A stretch of DNA of 35,419 nucleotides from an uncultured virus (IMG/VR IMGVR_UViG_3300021142_000016) (Duplodnaviria; Heunggongvirae; Uroviricota; Caudoviricetes). Below, in pieces: positions 19,101 to 27,704 of this stretch (the stretch's first letter is position 1; each line of letters begins with the position of its first letter). Below the pieces are notes generated by a model that worked only from the letters and a program-made list of their open reading frames with translations, was not told the origin of the DNA and did not search any database. A program made the position numbers and the translations under genes. Location: the IMG/VR virus record IMGVR_UViG_3300021142_000016; one strand, given 5' to 3'.

Positions 19101-19711
19101 AATGTTTCTTGAACAGATACAACGTCGCCAGCATTAAGTCCGTGTGGAGTATTTGTTGTCACTGTAACTGTTGAACGAGGTGATGCACCATCTCCTACGA
19201 TGGATGCAAGATCAAGTCCGTTACCACCTGTTGAACGTCCAAAGAAGTTAGGGTAATTTTGAATTAATGTAATTGCTTCCCATTTAGAAGGCTGTACACC
19301 ATATTCAAAGTCTGTATCAATCAAAGATTCTGGAGTTGAAACTCTTTGCTTTCCCGTTGGATCAAGAAGCGTTGATTCTGGCATAGTTGTTTCCCAGACT
19401 TCGTCAACCATAATAGCAAGTTGATCTGATGAGCTGAGAGCAGAGCAAGAATAGTTAAGAACAATTGTTGTTGTTGCGTGAGCAGCATCGGTTGTGTATG
19501 TGCTTTGGTTATTAATTGTTTGCGGGGTATTAAGTGTTGTTGTCCAGGTGGCAGCTTTAAGGGTTGGATCTGACCAGCTATAAATAATAGTACCTGTTGT
19601 TGTATCTGTAATTAACAATACACGTTCTTGCTTAAGAACTGCTGGTACAACAATTGTATTTGTTGATGGTGTAAATGTGTAACCTTCTAGTGGAAATACT
19701 CTTCTTGCCAT
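16169..19711 (-). CDS. Large baseplate/tail protein with five FCCH-like beta repeats
   Basis: 1180 aa; repeats T.TT..PHGL..GD.V.V...NGT(F/Y).(V/I); SLIDTDFEYG.Q..KWE. Confidence 0.75.
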   Translation of the reverse strand: MARRVFPLEGYTFTPSTNTIVVPAVLKQERVLLITDTTTGTIIYSWSDPTLKAATWTTTLNTPQTINNQSTYTTDAAHATTTIVLNYSCSALSSSDQLAIMVDEVWETTMPESTLLDPTGKQRVSTPESLIDTDFEYGVQPSKWEAITLIQNYPNFFGRSTGGNGLDLASIVGDGASPRSTVTVTTNTPHGLNAGDVVSVQETLNNNGEGTFLVYPTSSTTFTYTAKGVVSGSFIEGTLTTIYGGGVFDNANLMGGVTGNYGTWTAVSDTQAQSRITVTTPTPHGIFPGTEILLPQISGDGLSGTYFVDTVATPNAFSFLTNAQVLNPISTLNQPIYVSSQGYVEHRPLDGGVILSTGSNVCGAQTIRQTRRYFRYQAGKGIQFSTGTKFTPTFDVQYMIAQTTFAGSNIITITTVQNHNLQPGAYVKLEGVQCVGSYNPYNGTFQVSSIIDVNNFTITINFTNPINAIDQVPGGINVYVTVVYWKGAATRAGLFNEQDGFYFEYDGQQMYACRRWGTKELFGTISTTQYSNVVTGTLTAFRKQIVVGERIIIKGQTYLVSQINSDTSLNINPAYRGPSAANTYFRKVQVSKVPQTAWNLDKMDGTGPSGYVFDPSKMQMTYIDYSWYGAGTIRYGFRGINGKITWCHEASQNNTNVAAYQRSGNMPARYESINEPLSSARLVAGATGVLGSTLYSTDTTLYVDNALNWPSSGYLKINDGTNIELCQYTSVGAFNQTAQGYPVTVIRRVQQPVYYGGTLYQTSGSYVLWNYNPDASIPGGNGTNQVSVQTISQQCAPVMTHWGSSVIMDGRFDNDKNFLFAANMQRYLQVGGSGTVTANITSRQAASGVATITASAPHSIQAGYNATITGVNYTYTVTQKQLTGNVATLTFSTAHALVPGNSVTVSGVDTVFNGTYTITATTASSISYAKVSATIPLTSVNAQAAVVTFANTPYNGTFNISSVTSTTITYTMGSSTLTENSVNLTSPGFISQTFGNTLISRPLLSIRVAPSVDNGVGRNFGVRELANNMQLNLYSLQILAQGQFLIQGILNPQSLNGVNIPGDWLLNKVGSGSLSQIIYHDGTGTLGTTVASPTNTVSGGDVVFSLYTDNAGGSGGTAYNTTTFDLTKVRNLGNGYMNGDGNATNPGFPNGPDILTIVATNIGGTAANVSAILSWIEAQA

Positions 19712-19725
19712 GTTTTATTCTCCCC

Positions 19726-20346
19726 TTACATTGCCAAAGCTGTTGATAGAATATAAGCAGCTTGCTGTTGTTCTGTTGCAAGTGTCTTATATTTTGGATA
19801 ATAGATACCTAGATTTAGAATTTGGTCTACCGCCCAATAGTTGTACTGTGTTTGCAGTTGATTTACAACTACGTTTGATGTTGGTCCTGTTGGTCCAGTT
19901 GCACCAGTGGTACCTGTAGCACCTCTTGCACCCGCTGGTCCCATTATACTTCCTTGTAGTACCCAAGTCAAAGAACCTGAGCTATAAACATAATAGTTAC
20001 CGTTGCTTAAATTTAAAAATCCGTCTCCATTAATCATTCCTGTAACTCCGTAAGTTACTGGATCTGTTTGAGCGGTTGTAATTATTGTTCCACGAGTACC
20101 AGCTGTTCCCGCTGTACCTTGTGGACCTGTTGGTCCTTGTGGGATGATGAAGTTAAGAACTGCATTGCCATATGTACCAGTATTTGTTACAGAGGCTGGA
20201 TTTCCTGCTGTTGTTACGGTTGTTGTACCAATTGATACGCTACCTGCAGGACCCGTTGGTCCTGTTGGTCCTTGTGCTCCAGTTTGACCTGGACGTGAGC
20301 CAGCTACTACTACCCACGACGATCCATTCCAACGTTTTAATGACAA
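19726..20346 (-). CDS. Collagen-like (Gly-X-Y) virion protein
   Basis: GQTGAQGPTGPTGPAG and further GXY blocks; AGGAG RBS, TTG start. Confidence 0.8.
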   Translation of the reverse strand: MSLKRWNGSSWVVVAGSRPGQTGAQGPTGPTGPAGSVSIGTTTVTTAGNPASVTNTGTYGNAVLNFIIPQGPTGPQGTAGTAGTRGTIITTAQTDPVTYGVTGMINGDGFLNLSNGNYYVYSSGSLTWVLQGSIMGPAGARGATGTTGATGPTGPTSNVVVNQLQTQYNYWAVDQILNLGIYYPKYKTLATEQQQAAYILSTALAM

Positions 20347-20368
20347 TTACATCAACTCCTAATTTTAA

Positions 20369-20377
20369 ATTATACCA
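20369..20377 (-). promoter_or_regulatory. Extended -10 promoter TGG-TATAAT
   Basis: Perfect -10 in intergenic gap before RBS AGGAG. Confidence 0.6.
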
Positions 20378-20395
20378 GCAAACTGCTAAAAAGCT

Positions 20396-21163
20396 TTAAA
20401 TTCCCATCCATCTTAATGCTTGTTCATTTCCTAGATTTGTATTGGTTGTAGCAACTGATTGTTCAATAACTACAGCTTGAGGTATTCTATTCCATTGCCC
20501 GTTTGCCGAATAATATGGATTTCCAGTATTTTGAACATATACAAACATTCCATCTGATGTTGAGGCGGGAGGCAAATTTGAATAACTTGAATATTGCGCA
20601 AAGTTTAAATTGCTATATGGAAAAGGATTATTGACATCTGAGTCATCAATCCAATATTGAACCTGTGTTGGATCTGGGGCAATACCAAATGTATCTGTAA
20701 TTAATTGTCCTAAATTATCGGACAAGTTAACAAAATAATCTCCAACTGTTGGTGTTGTTGTTGGATCAACTACATCCGCTGGAATGATTGACAAACTTGA
20801 ATCTGTTGTATCAGCCCAAAGTGTATTTAATCCATAATTTGATGATGGTGGTGTGTCTTGAATCACAACATATTCTGTATTGTCATATTGTGAACCGTCT
20901 AACCAAAGGTCACCAATTGCTGCAGTATTTGTTGGATCACCCGTTCCCACCCAAAACTCTGTTGGTGCGGGAATGGTATCTGTGGTGATAAAGTTTGAAC
21001 CTCCACCACCACCAGATGAACCTGATCCTAAATCTTGCCAATAAGTTGTGTAACCACGAAATTTATTAGTGCTTGTATTAAAATAAACTTGTCCTGATTT
21101 TGCAACAGACGGGTCAGTAGGTAGATTAGCTACCTGAAGTGCTGTTAAAAAGGACTTTGCCAT
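20396..21163 (-). CDS. Acidic virion/fibre protein with repeated P..P...G.LW.D units
   Basis: 255 aa, AGGAG RBS. Confidence 0.7.
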   Translation of the reverse strand: MAKSFLTALQVANLPTDPSVAKSGQVYFNTSTNKFRGYTTYWQDLGSGSSGGGGGSNFITTDTIPAPTEFWVGTGDPTNTAAIGDLWLDGSQYDNTEYVVIQDTPPSSNYGLNTLWADTTDSSLSIIPADVVDPTTTPTVGDYFVNLSDNLGQLITDTFGIAPDPTQVQYWIDDSDVNNPFPYSNLNFAQYSSYSNLPPASTSDGMFVYVQNTGNPYYSANGQWNRIPQAVVIEQSVATTNTNLGNEQALRWMGI

Positions 21164-21178
21164 TTAATACTCCTTTAA

Positions 21179-23599
21179 TTACCCAGTGATTACTACGTTA
21201 TAAACTGTTCCGTTTGATGGGGCTGATGCAAATCCAATTGTTACTGTATTTGTATCAGTATGAACTACATCTGTTTCAACCTCTGACCATTGTAGGTCTG
21301 GAGAAGCTGATCCTTGATATACTGCAACAGTTACATCTCTTGAGCCAAAACCGTGTACAAGAGCAAAGCTTGTGAGTGTTCCATTTCCAGTAATTGCTGC
21401 TGTAAACTTTTGAACTCCGTAAGTTGTTGCTCCACCACTTACACCTGTTGCGGTTTGTGTAGATGTTCCACTTGCAAATGTAAGATTGTTGCTGGAGATT
21501 GTAAATCCAGTTCCAACATTTAGGCTTAAGCCATTTGAGCTAGTTGAAAGAGCACCAGCTGAGTTAAGTCTTAATTGAAGTGTTCCATTATTTACAGACA
21601 AACCAGATGCATTTGTTGATGCTGAGTTTGATGTGTCAGAAGATGTTCCAAGGTTTACAGATACTTGAAGACCTGTTACAGAAAGTCCAGCTCCTGCTGT
21701 AACTGTTCCAGAACCAGAGAACTGTGTAAAGTTAATTGGATCTGTACCAATTTTAATTTCTTGCTTTGTGCCAGTGCCTTGGTAGTTTTGTGTCCAACCT
21801 GTATTCTGTTGTGTTGGAGCTACTGTATATTCGCCATTATTTACGGCTACGAATACAAGGTCTCCTGGTGTGACCTGACCATCAATATGGTTATCGTAAT
21901 CAGTAGCACGAGTAAGTACCCACTTGCTTGAAGAGCTACCAGCATTTGTTACAATATAAATACCGTTTTGCTTAGCATCTGTTTGATTTTTAATCAAAAC
22001 ACGATCATTTTGATCTGGTGAGTAATTATCAATTGTAAATACGCCATTTACTCCAGATGTAAGTGTTGCTCCTACGCCAGTTCCGCCATCTGCTCCAGTT
22101 GTTCCTGGTGTGTAAACTACTGTTCCGTAATCTACTCCTAGGTCATGAACTGTTGCTGCTTCTACAGAGTCGTGAGAATTAAAGCCTGTTGAAATATTAT
22201 CAACATATTGCTTTGTTGCAACTTGTAGGGCTTGTGTTGGATCTGCAGCAACTGTTACTTGTGAGAATGATGGTGATGCAGTTGTGCGAAGATCTTGAAC
22301 TGTATCAAGGGTAATTGTTCCATTACCATTTGTAATAATAACGCTATTGTAAGCACCTTGTGTAAGTGTTGCAACAGCATAAGTTCCATCAGCTTTACCA
22401 ATTAAAAGCTTACCATTGGTTGGTGTTGTAGAAGTTCCTGTACCACCTTGACCAACTGATAGTGCTGTTGTTAAACCTGAAAGGCTTGTAATACTTGAGT
22501 TTGCACCAGATTCTGCTGCACCTAAGTTTGTGCGTGCTCCCGCTGCGGTTGTTGCTCCTGTACCACCATTTGAAACGCTAAGTGCGTTTGTTAGTGTTAG
22601 TGTTGGAATTGTTACTGTTCCGCTAAATGTTGGAGAAGCAGAAAGAACTACAGTTGAGCCAGTTCCAGTTACTGCGTTTACAGTATTTCCATTAATCTTA
22701 AATACGTTGCCAGTTGCAGCCGTATCAATTGTCTTGTTTGTAAATGTATCTGTTGTAGCTTTACCAACAAGGGTATCTGTTGCAGAAGGAAGTGTTAAGC
22801 TTCCAGTGGCATTTGCAAGTGGTGCTACTGTTGTTGCTCCAGATGCTGAACCATTAAATGTTACTCCACCAGGTCCAAATGTTGGTGCAGTAATTGTTGG
22901 TGATGAAGAAAGTACTACAGAACCACCGCTACCAGTTACTGCTGTTAATGATGTTCCATTAATTTTAATTGTGTTAGCATTTGCACCAGAGGTGTCAATT
23001 GTCTTGTTTGCAAATGTTTGAGCTGAATCAAGATCTGCAATTACATGTGTTCCAGAATTGTAATAGGCTTTAAATCCTGCTGTACCATCTAACCAAATAT
23101 CTCCAGCTACTGGTGAATTTGGAGTACCAGATGCTACTGGGATATTAATAGATGCTGCAGTTAATGATGCTGCAGTAAATGTTGCCTTACCGCCTGTTAC
23201 AGCAAGTGTACCGCCCAAAGATGTTGCTGAACCGCTTGGAACAGTTAATGAACCTGGGAGTGTTAAAGCGGAAGCAAGAGAAATTGTAATTGTGTTTGTG
23301 GCACTAGAAACAACTACCTGATTGCTTGTTCCAGATACTGTAACTGCACCAGTAAAGTTATTTACTGATGATACGGTATTGTAGGTAGAACTAATCTGCT
23401 CCCAAGCATAAGTTGCTGGGGTTGTTGGATAGTTTGACCAATATGATTGGTAAAGTGCACCACGGTTGTTATTTGCAGTAGTGCTAAAGTATAGTTGACC
23501 AGCAGCAGAAATTGTTGGTGCTGTGGATGCTGGGTGAATTACAGCATTAAGAAGCTGATTGCCCTTTAAATTAATATTTGTTAAAAACGTTTTTGCCAT
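21179..23599 (-). CDS. Long tail fibre-like protein
   Basis: 806 aa Thr/Gly/Ser-rich; GGTGATTAAGARTNLG, ATKQYVD, DRVLIKNQT...QNGIY...LTRATDYD. Confidence 0.8.
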   Translation of the reverse strand: MAKTFLTNINLKGNQLLNAVIHPASTAPTISAAGQLYFSTTANNNRGALYQSYWSNYPTTPATYAWEQISSTYNTVSSVNNFTGAVTVSGTSNQVVVSSATNTITISLASALTLPGSLTVPSGSATSLGGTLAVTGGKATFTAASLTAASINIPVASGTPNSPVAGDIWLDGTAGFKAYYNSGTHVIADLDSAQTFANKTIDTSGANANTIKINGTSLTAVTGSGGSVVLSSSPTITAPTFGPGGVTFNGSASGATTVAPLANATGSLTLPSATDTLVGKATTDTFTNKTIDTAATGNVFKINGNTVNAVTGTGSTVVLSASPTFSGTVTIPTLTLTNALSVSNGGTGATTAAGARTNLGAAESGANSSITSLSGLTTALSVGQGGTGTSTTPTNGKLLIGKADGTYAVATLTQGAYNSVIITNGNGTITLDTVQDLRTTASPSFSQVTVAADPTQALQVATKQYVDNISTGFNSHDSVEAATVHDLGVDYGTVVYTPGTTGADGGTGVGATLTSGVNGVFTIDNYSPDQNDRVLIKNQTDAKQNGIYIVTNAGSSSSKWVLTRATDYDNHIDGQVTPGDLVFVAVNNGEYTVAPTQQNTGWTQNYQGTGTKQEIKIGTDPINFTQFSGSGTVTAGAGLSVTGLQVSVNLGTSSDTSNSASTNASGLSVNNGTLQLRLNSAGALSTSSNGLSLNVGTGFTISSNNLTFASGTSTQTATGVSGGATTYGVQKFTAAITGNGTLTSFALVHGFGSRDVTVAVYQGSASPDLQWSEVETDVVHTDTNTVTIGFASAPSNGTVYNVVITG

Positions 23600-23622
23600 G
23601 TGTTGTTACACTCCCTTTTAAA

Positions 23623-24177
23623 TTATGACAAATACGCATAGCCAGAAACAGGCAAGTTAAACTCTAACTCAACATTGTTTGCATCTATCTGCGTAATATC
23701 ACATTCTAGATTATTTTGGCCATAATCCGTTACTTGCACATTTGGACGGTAATGCAAGTTATGGTTTATGTACCATGTGCTGCTATTTGTTTGTTGTTCA
23801 TATACGTAAGAAAAATTTGAAGGATTTACAAGAACCTGTCCTGCATTCCATACCGTTCCAGATTTTGTATAAACGGTATTGTTTGACGAATCAATAAAGA
23901 TATCACCTTGATATCCTATTGTGTTTGATGGTGTATTTGTTCCAATGTAGATCTGTTGTCCACCAATTGGAAAGTTTGGTGTTCCCCACCCACCTTGAGT
24001 TTTTGGTCCATAAAATTGTTTTGAAGCTGAATCAATATAGTAATCACCAACGACTCCTAGAGTTGAGCTTGGTGCTCCTACTTGACTATATATAACGCTA
24101 CCGCGTGGACCTTGTACTCCAGCTGAGTTAATATTGGCAATATTGTCTTGTCTGATAACGGTTACATTTTCAGTCAT
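23623..24177 (-). CDS. Hypothetical virion protein
   Basis: GAP....G..GD.YID repeats; W.I.HNL...P.V.V C-terminus. Confidence 0.7.
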   Translation of the reverse strand: MTENVTVIRQDNIANINSAGVQGPRGSVIYSQVGAPSSTLGVVGDYYIDSASKQFYGPKTQGGWGTPNFPIGGQQIYIGTNTPSNTIGYQGDIFIDSSNNTVYTKSGTVWNAGQVLVNPSNFSYVYEQQTNSSTWYINHNLHYRPNVQVTDYGQNNLECDITQIDANNVELEFNLPVSGYAYLS

Positions 24178-24533
24178 TATTGAATCACCCCTGGTTGTAC
24201 CACTAACCACCCATTAAGAATAGTTTGAGCTATTCCTCCAGAACTTGTTAGCTGAATTTGATAAGCACTTCTTGGAAGAACAAAGTTTTTTGTCATTGAA
24301 GGTGGTAGATTAATTTGAATGACACCTGATTGAAGATTTGGAATTGTAATTCCATTTCCAATAGATCCTGTGGCACAAAGAATTTTTCCGCCTGGCTTAT
24401 CTCTTACTTCAATTGTTGCTGTGTATCCAGTTAAATCAATTGGGTTTTGATTTGAATCTGTATATGTAATACTCAAAGTGAATGAATCACCTTGAATAAC
24501 ATCATAATTAACTTCTTTTTGATTCACTGACAC
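24177..24533 (-). CDS. BppU N-terminal-like baseplate-associated protein
   Basis: QGDSF...Y.D....PIDLTGYTA...VR, YQIQL. Confidence 0.65.
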   Translation of the reverse strand: MSVNQKEVNYDVIQGDSFTLSITYTDSNQNPIDLTGYTATIEVRDKPGGKILCATGSIGNGITIPNLQSGVIQINLPPSMTKNFVLPRSAYQIQLTSSGGIAQTILNGWLVVQPGVIQ

Positions 24534-24561
24534 ACCTCTATATTAAAGTATTTCAGTATTG

Positions 24562-24570
24562 ATTATAGCA
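24562..24570 (-). promoter_or_regulatory. Extended -10 promoter TGC-TATAAT for the tail operon
   Basis: Just downstream of the nrdJ terminator. Confidence 0.6.
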
Positions 24571-24590
24571 TTTTACTTTGTTAATTCATA

Positions 24591-24617
24591 GAAAAACCCC
24601 GTCCACTAGTGACGGGG
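24591..24617 (-). terminator. Intrinsic terminator after nrdJ
   Basis: Minus strand CCCCGTC-ACTAGTG-GACGGGG-TTTTTC. Confidence 0.85.
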
Positions 24618-24633
24618 CTGTTCTAAAATTATA

Positions 24634-26568
24634 TCAATTTTTGCCAATATCTACAATTTCACACTCTCCAGATACGCAAGCAAGTGCTTGAGTTCCAGTA
24701 GTGGTGTCCTCTAGTTCATATAGGGACAATGCTGACCAATTAATTTCGCCTGGCATTTTTTCTTCAAGATTAAAATATTGATCTTTAGTAATTTCTTGGT
24801 ATGGTGCCTGAACGTATGTATGCTCTGAATATGGTAAGAACGAAATTCCTGAAACCTCATCAAAATGCTTGTATACCCATGCTCCAACCTCCATCCACTC
24901 ATCTTCCTTTATAGATACTGTAATAGAAGGCTTATGTTCGCACCAATGTCTTTGATATGTAAGCCAAACCTCTAGCTGTTGAATAGCTGTAAGCTTATCT
25001 CTTGTAATTGCATGCTTTGGAGCTTGTACTGGAAATGAAAAAACAGTTGTGCTATCTGGCTTCATTACATCATCTTCTGCAGGAATTCCTGAATCTACCA
25101 AGAACTGTGTAATTGGATCTTTTTTATCTCCACGAACTGTACGAATATAGTATTCTGAATGCCATGGATGCATTCCTGAGCTAACCCCGACCAATTGGGA
25201 CACTGTGCCTGATGGCTTTACACATGTTACTGCTGCTGAGGCGGGAATCCCAATTTTCTCCGCCTCTTTAATATTAATCTGTACAGCATATTCACGAAGT
25301 CTATCTAATGTTATAGCAAGATTATCTAAACCTTCTTGTCCTGAAAAAAACTTATGACCAAATTGACCTGTTAATGAGACTCCAAGTAGACGCTCTTCTT
25401 CTGTGTTGTCTTTCCAGATTTTACGAATGTATTTAAAGTCTGTAAGAGTTGATTGCCATGTTCCAAGAATTGAAGCAAGGCGAATTTTATTTGCAACATC
25501 TTCAGGTGTGTCTTTTTCACGAAGTACGACTTCTGAAAGGTTACAAAACTGATAAGGACGTAAGATAATTTCTGAACACGGGTTAGTTCCATAGTGAATA
25601 TCCGCACTTCTTCTTCCGTACTTTGCTGCTTGGGTTTGGGCTGCTGCCACATTGTAGATACCTCTTTCGCCCGACTTTGAATCATATAAAGATTTCCATT
25701 CTGCTATAAACTGAGCCATCTCTGGTTTGCGGGAATATGCAACAGAGTTATTTGATAAAGCACGTTGACCATTTGACTCCCACCAATTACCAGCTTTAGC
25801 TGCAGCCATTTCAATATCATTAATATTTGAAAGTGAAATCATTGCAGAACGACGTACTCCGCCAACTACAACAACTTCTCCAATTTTACACATAATGTCA
25901 TGTGCTTCAATTGGCTTAAGGTTTCTTCCTAATGCACCCTTAAATACTTGAACAGTAAAATCAAAAAGATTAACTAGTGGTTGTGGCCCAGATGATCTGC
26001 CGCCCATTGTTTTAAGACGTGCTCCTGCAGGTCTTACTTTGCTTACATCAATTTGTGGAATTTGTCCTGCCCAAAGTAATGATAAGAATTCACGATATGC
26101 TTTTGCCCAACCTTCTTTAGAATCTCCAACAGAAACAACAGTATTTGATTTTTCTAATGTTTCAGGAAGGACGGGAAGTTTATTAATGTACTTATACTCA
26201 ACAGAGAATCCAACACCTGTACCACACATAAGAATATACATTGCTTCGTCAAATGAACGAGCATTATCTACTGGAAGAAATGCACAGTTATAGCCAGAAA
26301 CATTTTCTCTTTCTAACGCAGGTCCTGCAGTCATAACAGAACGCATTGATGGCATTACGTTGCGGTTAAACACTGCATCACGAAGTTCTGCAATAGTTTT
26401 TTCATCAGGAACATAGCCGTGCTTTTCACGTAGTTGAATAACCATAAACTTAAAGTAACGGTCTACAGTTTCTCCCCACGTCTCACGACGATTTTCGTTT
26501 TCTAACCATCTCGCATATCGGGATAGAGCAATAAAGTTTTCATATGGGTTTTGGATGGTATTAGACAT
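24634..26568 (-). CDS. nrdJ: Class II (adenosylcobalamin-dependent) ribonucleotide reductase
   Basis: YNCAF, GGVRRSA, TNPCSEI, CNLSEV, TCVKPSGTVSQL, HKPSITV, C-terminal ACVSGECEI; no small-subunit gene adjacent. Confidence 0.93.
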   Translation of the reverse strand: MSNTIQNPYENFIALSRYARWLENENRRETWGETVDRYFKFMVIQLREKHGYVPDEKTIAELRDAVFNRNVMPSMRSVMTAGPALERENVSGYNCAFLPVDNARSFDEAMYILMCGTGVGFSVEYKYINKLPVLPETLEKSNTVVSVGDSKEGWAKAYREFLSLLWAGQIPQIDVSKVRPAGARLKTMGGRSSGPQPLVNLFDFTVQVFKGALGRNLKPIEAHDIMCKIGEVVVVGGVRRSAMISLSNINDIEMAAAKAGNWWESNGQRALSNNSVAYSRKPEMAQFIAEWKSLYDSKSGERGIYNVAAAQTQAAKYGRRSADIHYGTNPCSEIILRPYQFCNLSEVVLREKDTPEDVANKIRLASILGTWQSTLTDFKYIRKIWKDNTEEERLLGVSLTGQFGHKFFSGQEGLDNLAITLDRLREYAVQINIKEAEKIGIPASAAVTCVKPSGTVSQLVGVSSGMHPWHSEYYIRTVRGDKKDPITQFLVDSGIPAEDDVMKPDSTTVFSFPVQAPKHAITRDKLTAIQQLEVWLTYQRHWCEHKPSITVSIKEDEWMEVGAWVYKHFDEVSGISFLPYSEHTYVQAPYQEITKDQYFNLEEKMPGEINWSALSLYELEDTTTGTQALACVSGECEIVDIGKN

Positions 26569-26598
26569 TTAATCTCCTAGTTTTTTATTTGAGTCTTA

Positions 26599-26607
26599 AT
26601 TGTAGCA
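26599..26607 (-). promoter_or_regulatory. Extended -10 promoter TGC-TACAAT of nrdJ
   Basis: Upstream of AGGAG RBS. Confidence 0.55.
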
Positions 26608-26631
26608 TACCGATTTTTTTAAAATCGGGTT

Positions 26632-27630
26632 TTAAAGATTTTTATTAATTTGCTTTAGTCTTTTAACGGCTGGAGCAGAAACTTTTTCCCAGCTGTATTT
26701 TTCATGAATAATAAAAGCATTTTTATAAGCAAGATTAGAAAGATTTTCATAGTTATCAAAGCAATTTTGCATATATTCTTTTAATTGAGCATATGATGGT
26801 TTTAACATCAATCCTGGGTGAGTTGATGGCCAAGGGGATGGTGCCCAGGAAGAATCCAATGGCATTGTTATTAAATCTTTGTAGGATGCCCAATCTGCTG
26901 TACAAATGGTTGGCATGCCTTGAGCCATAGCTTGAAGCGGGTTAAAGCCAAATCCCTCTCCCCATGAAGGATAAACAAAAACATCACATAGGTTATACAA
27001 ACCATTCATTTGCTCTACAGATAAAAATGATTCAATAATCTTAATGTTTTTATAAACAGCATCTGGCGATCCAATAACTTCACCATTTTTAGAATTAAAA
27101 ATTTTTGTAGTATTTATATTGCTGCATTTTAAAACCAACTCGTATTTTGGGTTATTGCCAAAAAGACTAGCAAACGCATCAACAACCATTTGAGCATCTT
27201 TTCTAGATGCTGGTTCTCCAACATGCAAAAATCTAAACGGGCGATCAGGATTTAATTCTCTTTTCTTTGGGATCCATTTATCTTCAATTCCATGTTCATA
27301 AACAAAAATAGGTTTGCTTGTATGTTTTGAATAAATATCTGCAACCCATTCTGATGTTGCCCAAATTTCATCTGGTATTGTATTCATAACAGGCTTCCAA
27401 CCAGGAAGAAGCTCTGTTGACTCCCATGGTGTATAAGCAATTTTGTATTGATCTTTGCCAAATGAATAATTACTTGGTTGAACAAATGCTATACCAATTT
27501 TAGGTTCACTTGATTTAATTAATGATTCAATACCTTGTTTTTTAAATTCTTCAAATATATGAAATGATGCTTCGCCATATCCGACATTGCGATCCATATA
27601 TTCTGGCGCACCCGTCCAAGATACTTTCAT
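26632..27630 (-). CDS. Glycosyltransferase family 4 (GT-B)
   Basis: TPWEST, FLHVG....RK, DVFVYPSWGEGFGFNPLQAMAQGMPTI. Confidence 0.9.
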   Translation of the reverse strand: MKVSWTGAPEYMDRNVGYGEASFHIFEEFKKQGIESLIKSSEPKIGIAFVQPSNYSFGKDQYKIAYTPWESTELLPGWKPVMNTIPDEIWATSEWVADIYSKHTSKPIFVYEHGIEDKWIPKKRELNPDRPFRFLHVGEPASRKDAQMVVDAFASLFGNNPKYELVLKCSNINTTKIFNSKNGEVIGSPDAVYKNIKIIESFLSVEQMNGLYNLCDVFVYPSWGEGFGFNPLQAMAQGMPTICTADWASYKDLITMPLDSSWAPSPWPSTHPGLMLKPSYAQLKEYMQNCFDNYENLSNLAYKNAFIIHEKYSWEKVSAPAVKRLKQINKNL

Positions 27631-27643
27631 TTACGCTCCCGAC

Positions 27644-27672
27644 TTGTTTTTCCCAGTATATCATGATACGAT
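27644..27672. promoter_or_regulatory. Overlapping divergent promoters
   Basis: Minus TGA-TATACT (27663-27655); plus TTGTTT-N17-TACGAT with TG extension; shared palindrome TATCATGATA. Confidence 0.5.
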
Positions 27673-27704
27673 TGTTTTTACTACTCTTTCCCTAGGAGGT
27701 ACAT

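Noticed and set aside
22530..23021. 163-aa plus-strand ORF
   Set aside because: In-register antisense shadow of the Thr/Gly-rich fibre gene; no RBS evident
24634..26568. Intein or intron in nrdJ
   Set aside because: 644-aa continuous ORF with normally spaced motifs
26570..26632. NrdR box upstream of nrdJ
   Set aside because: No match to the acaCwAtATaTwGtg consensus seen
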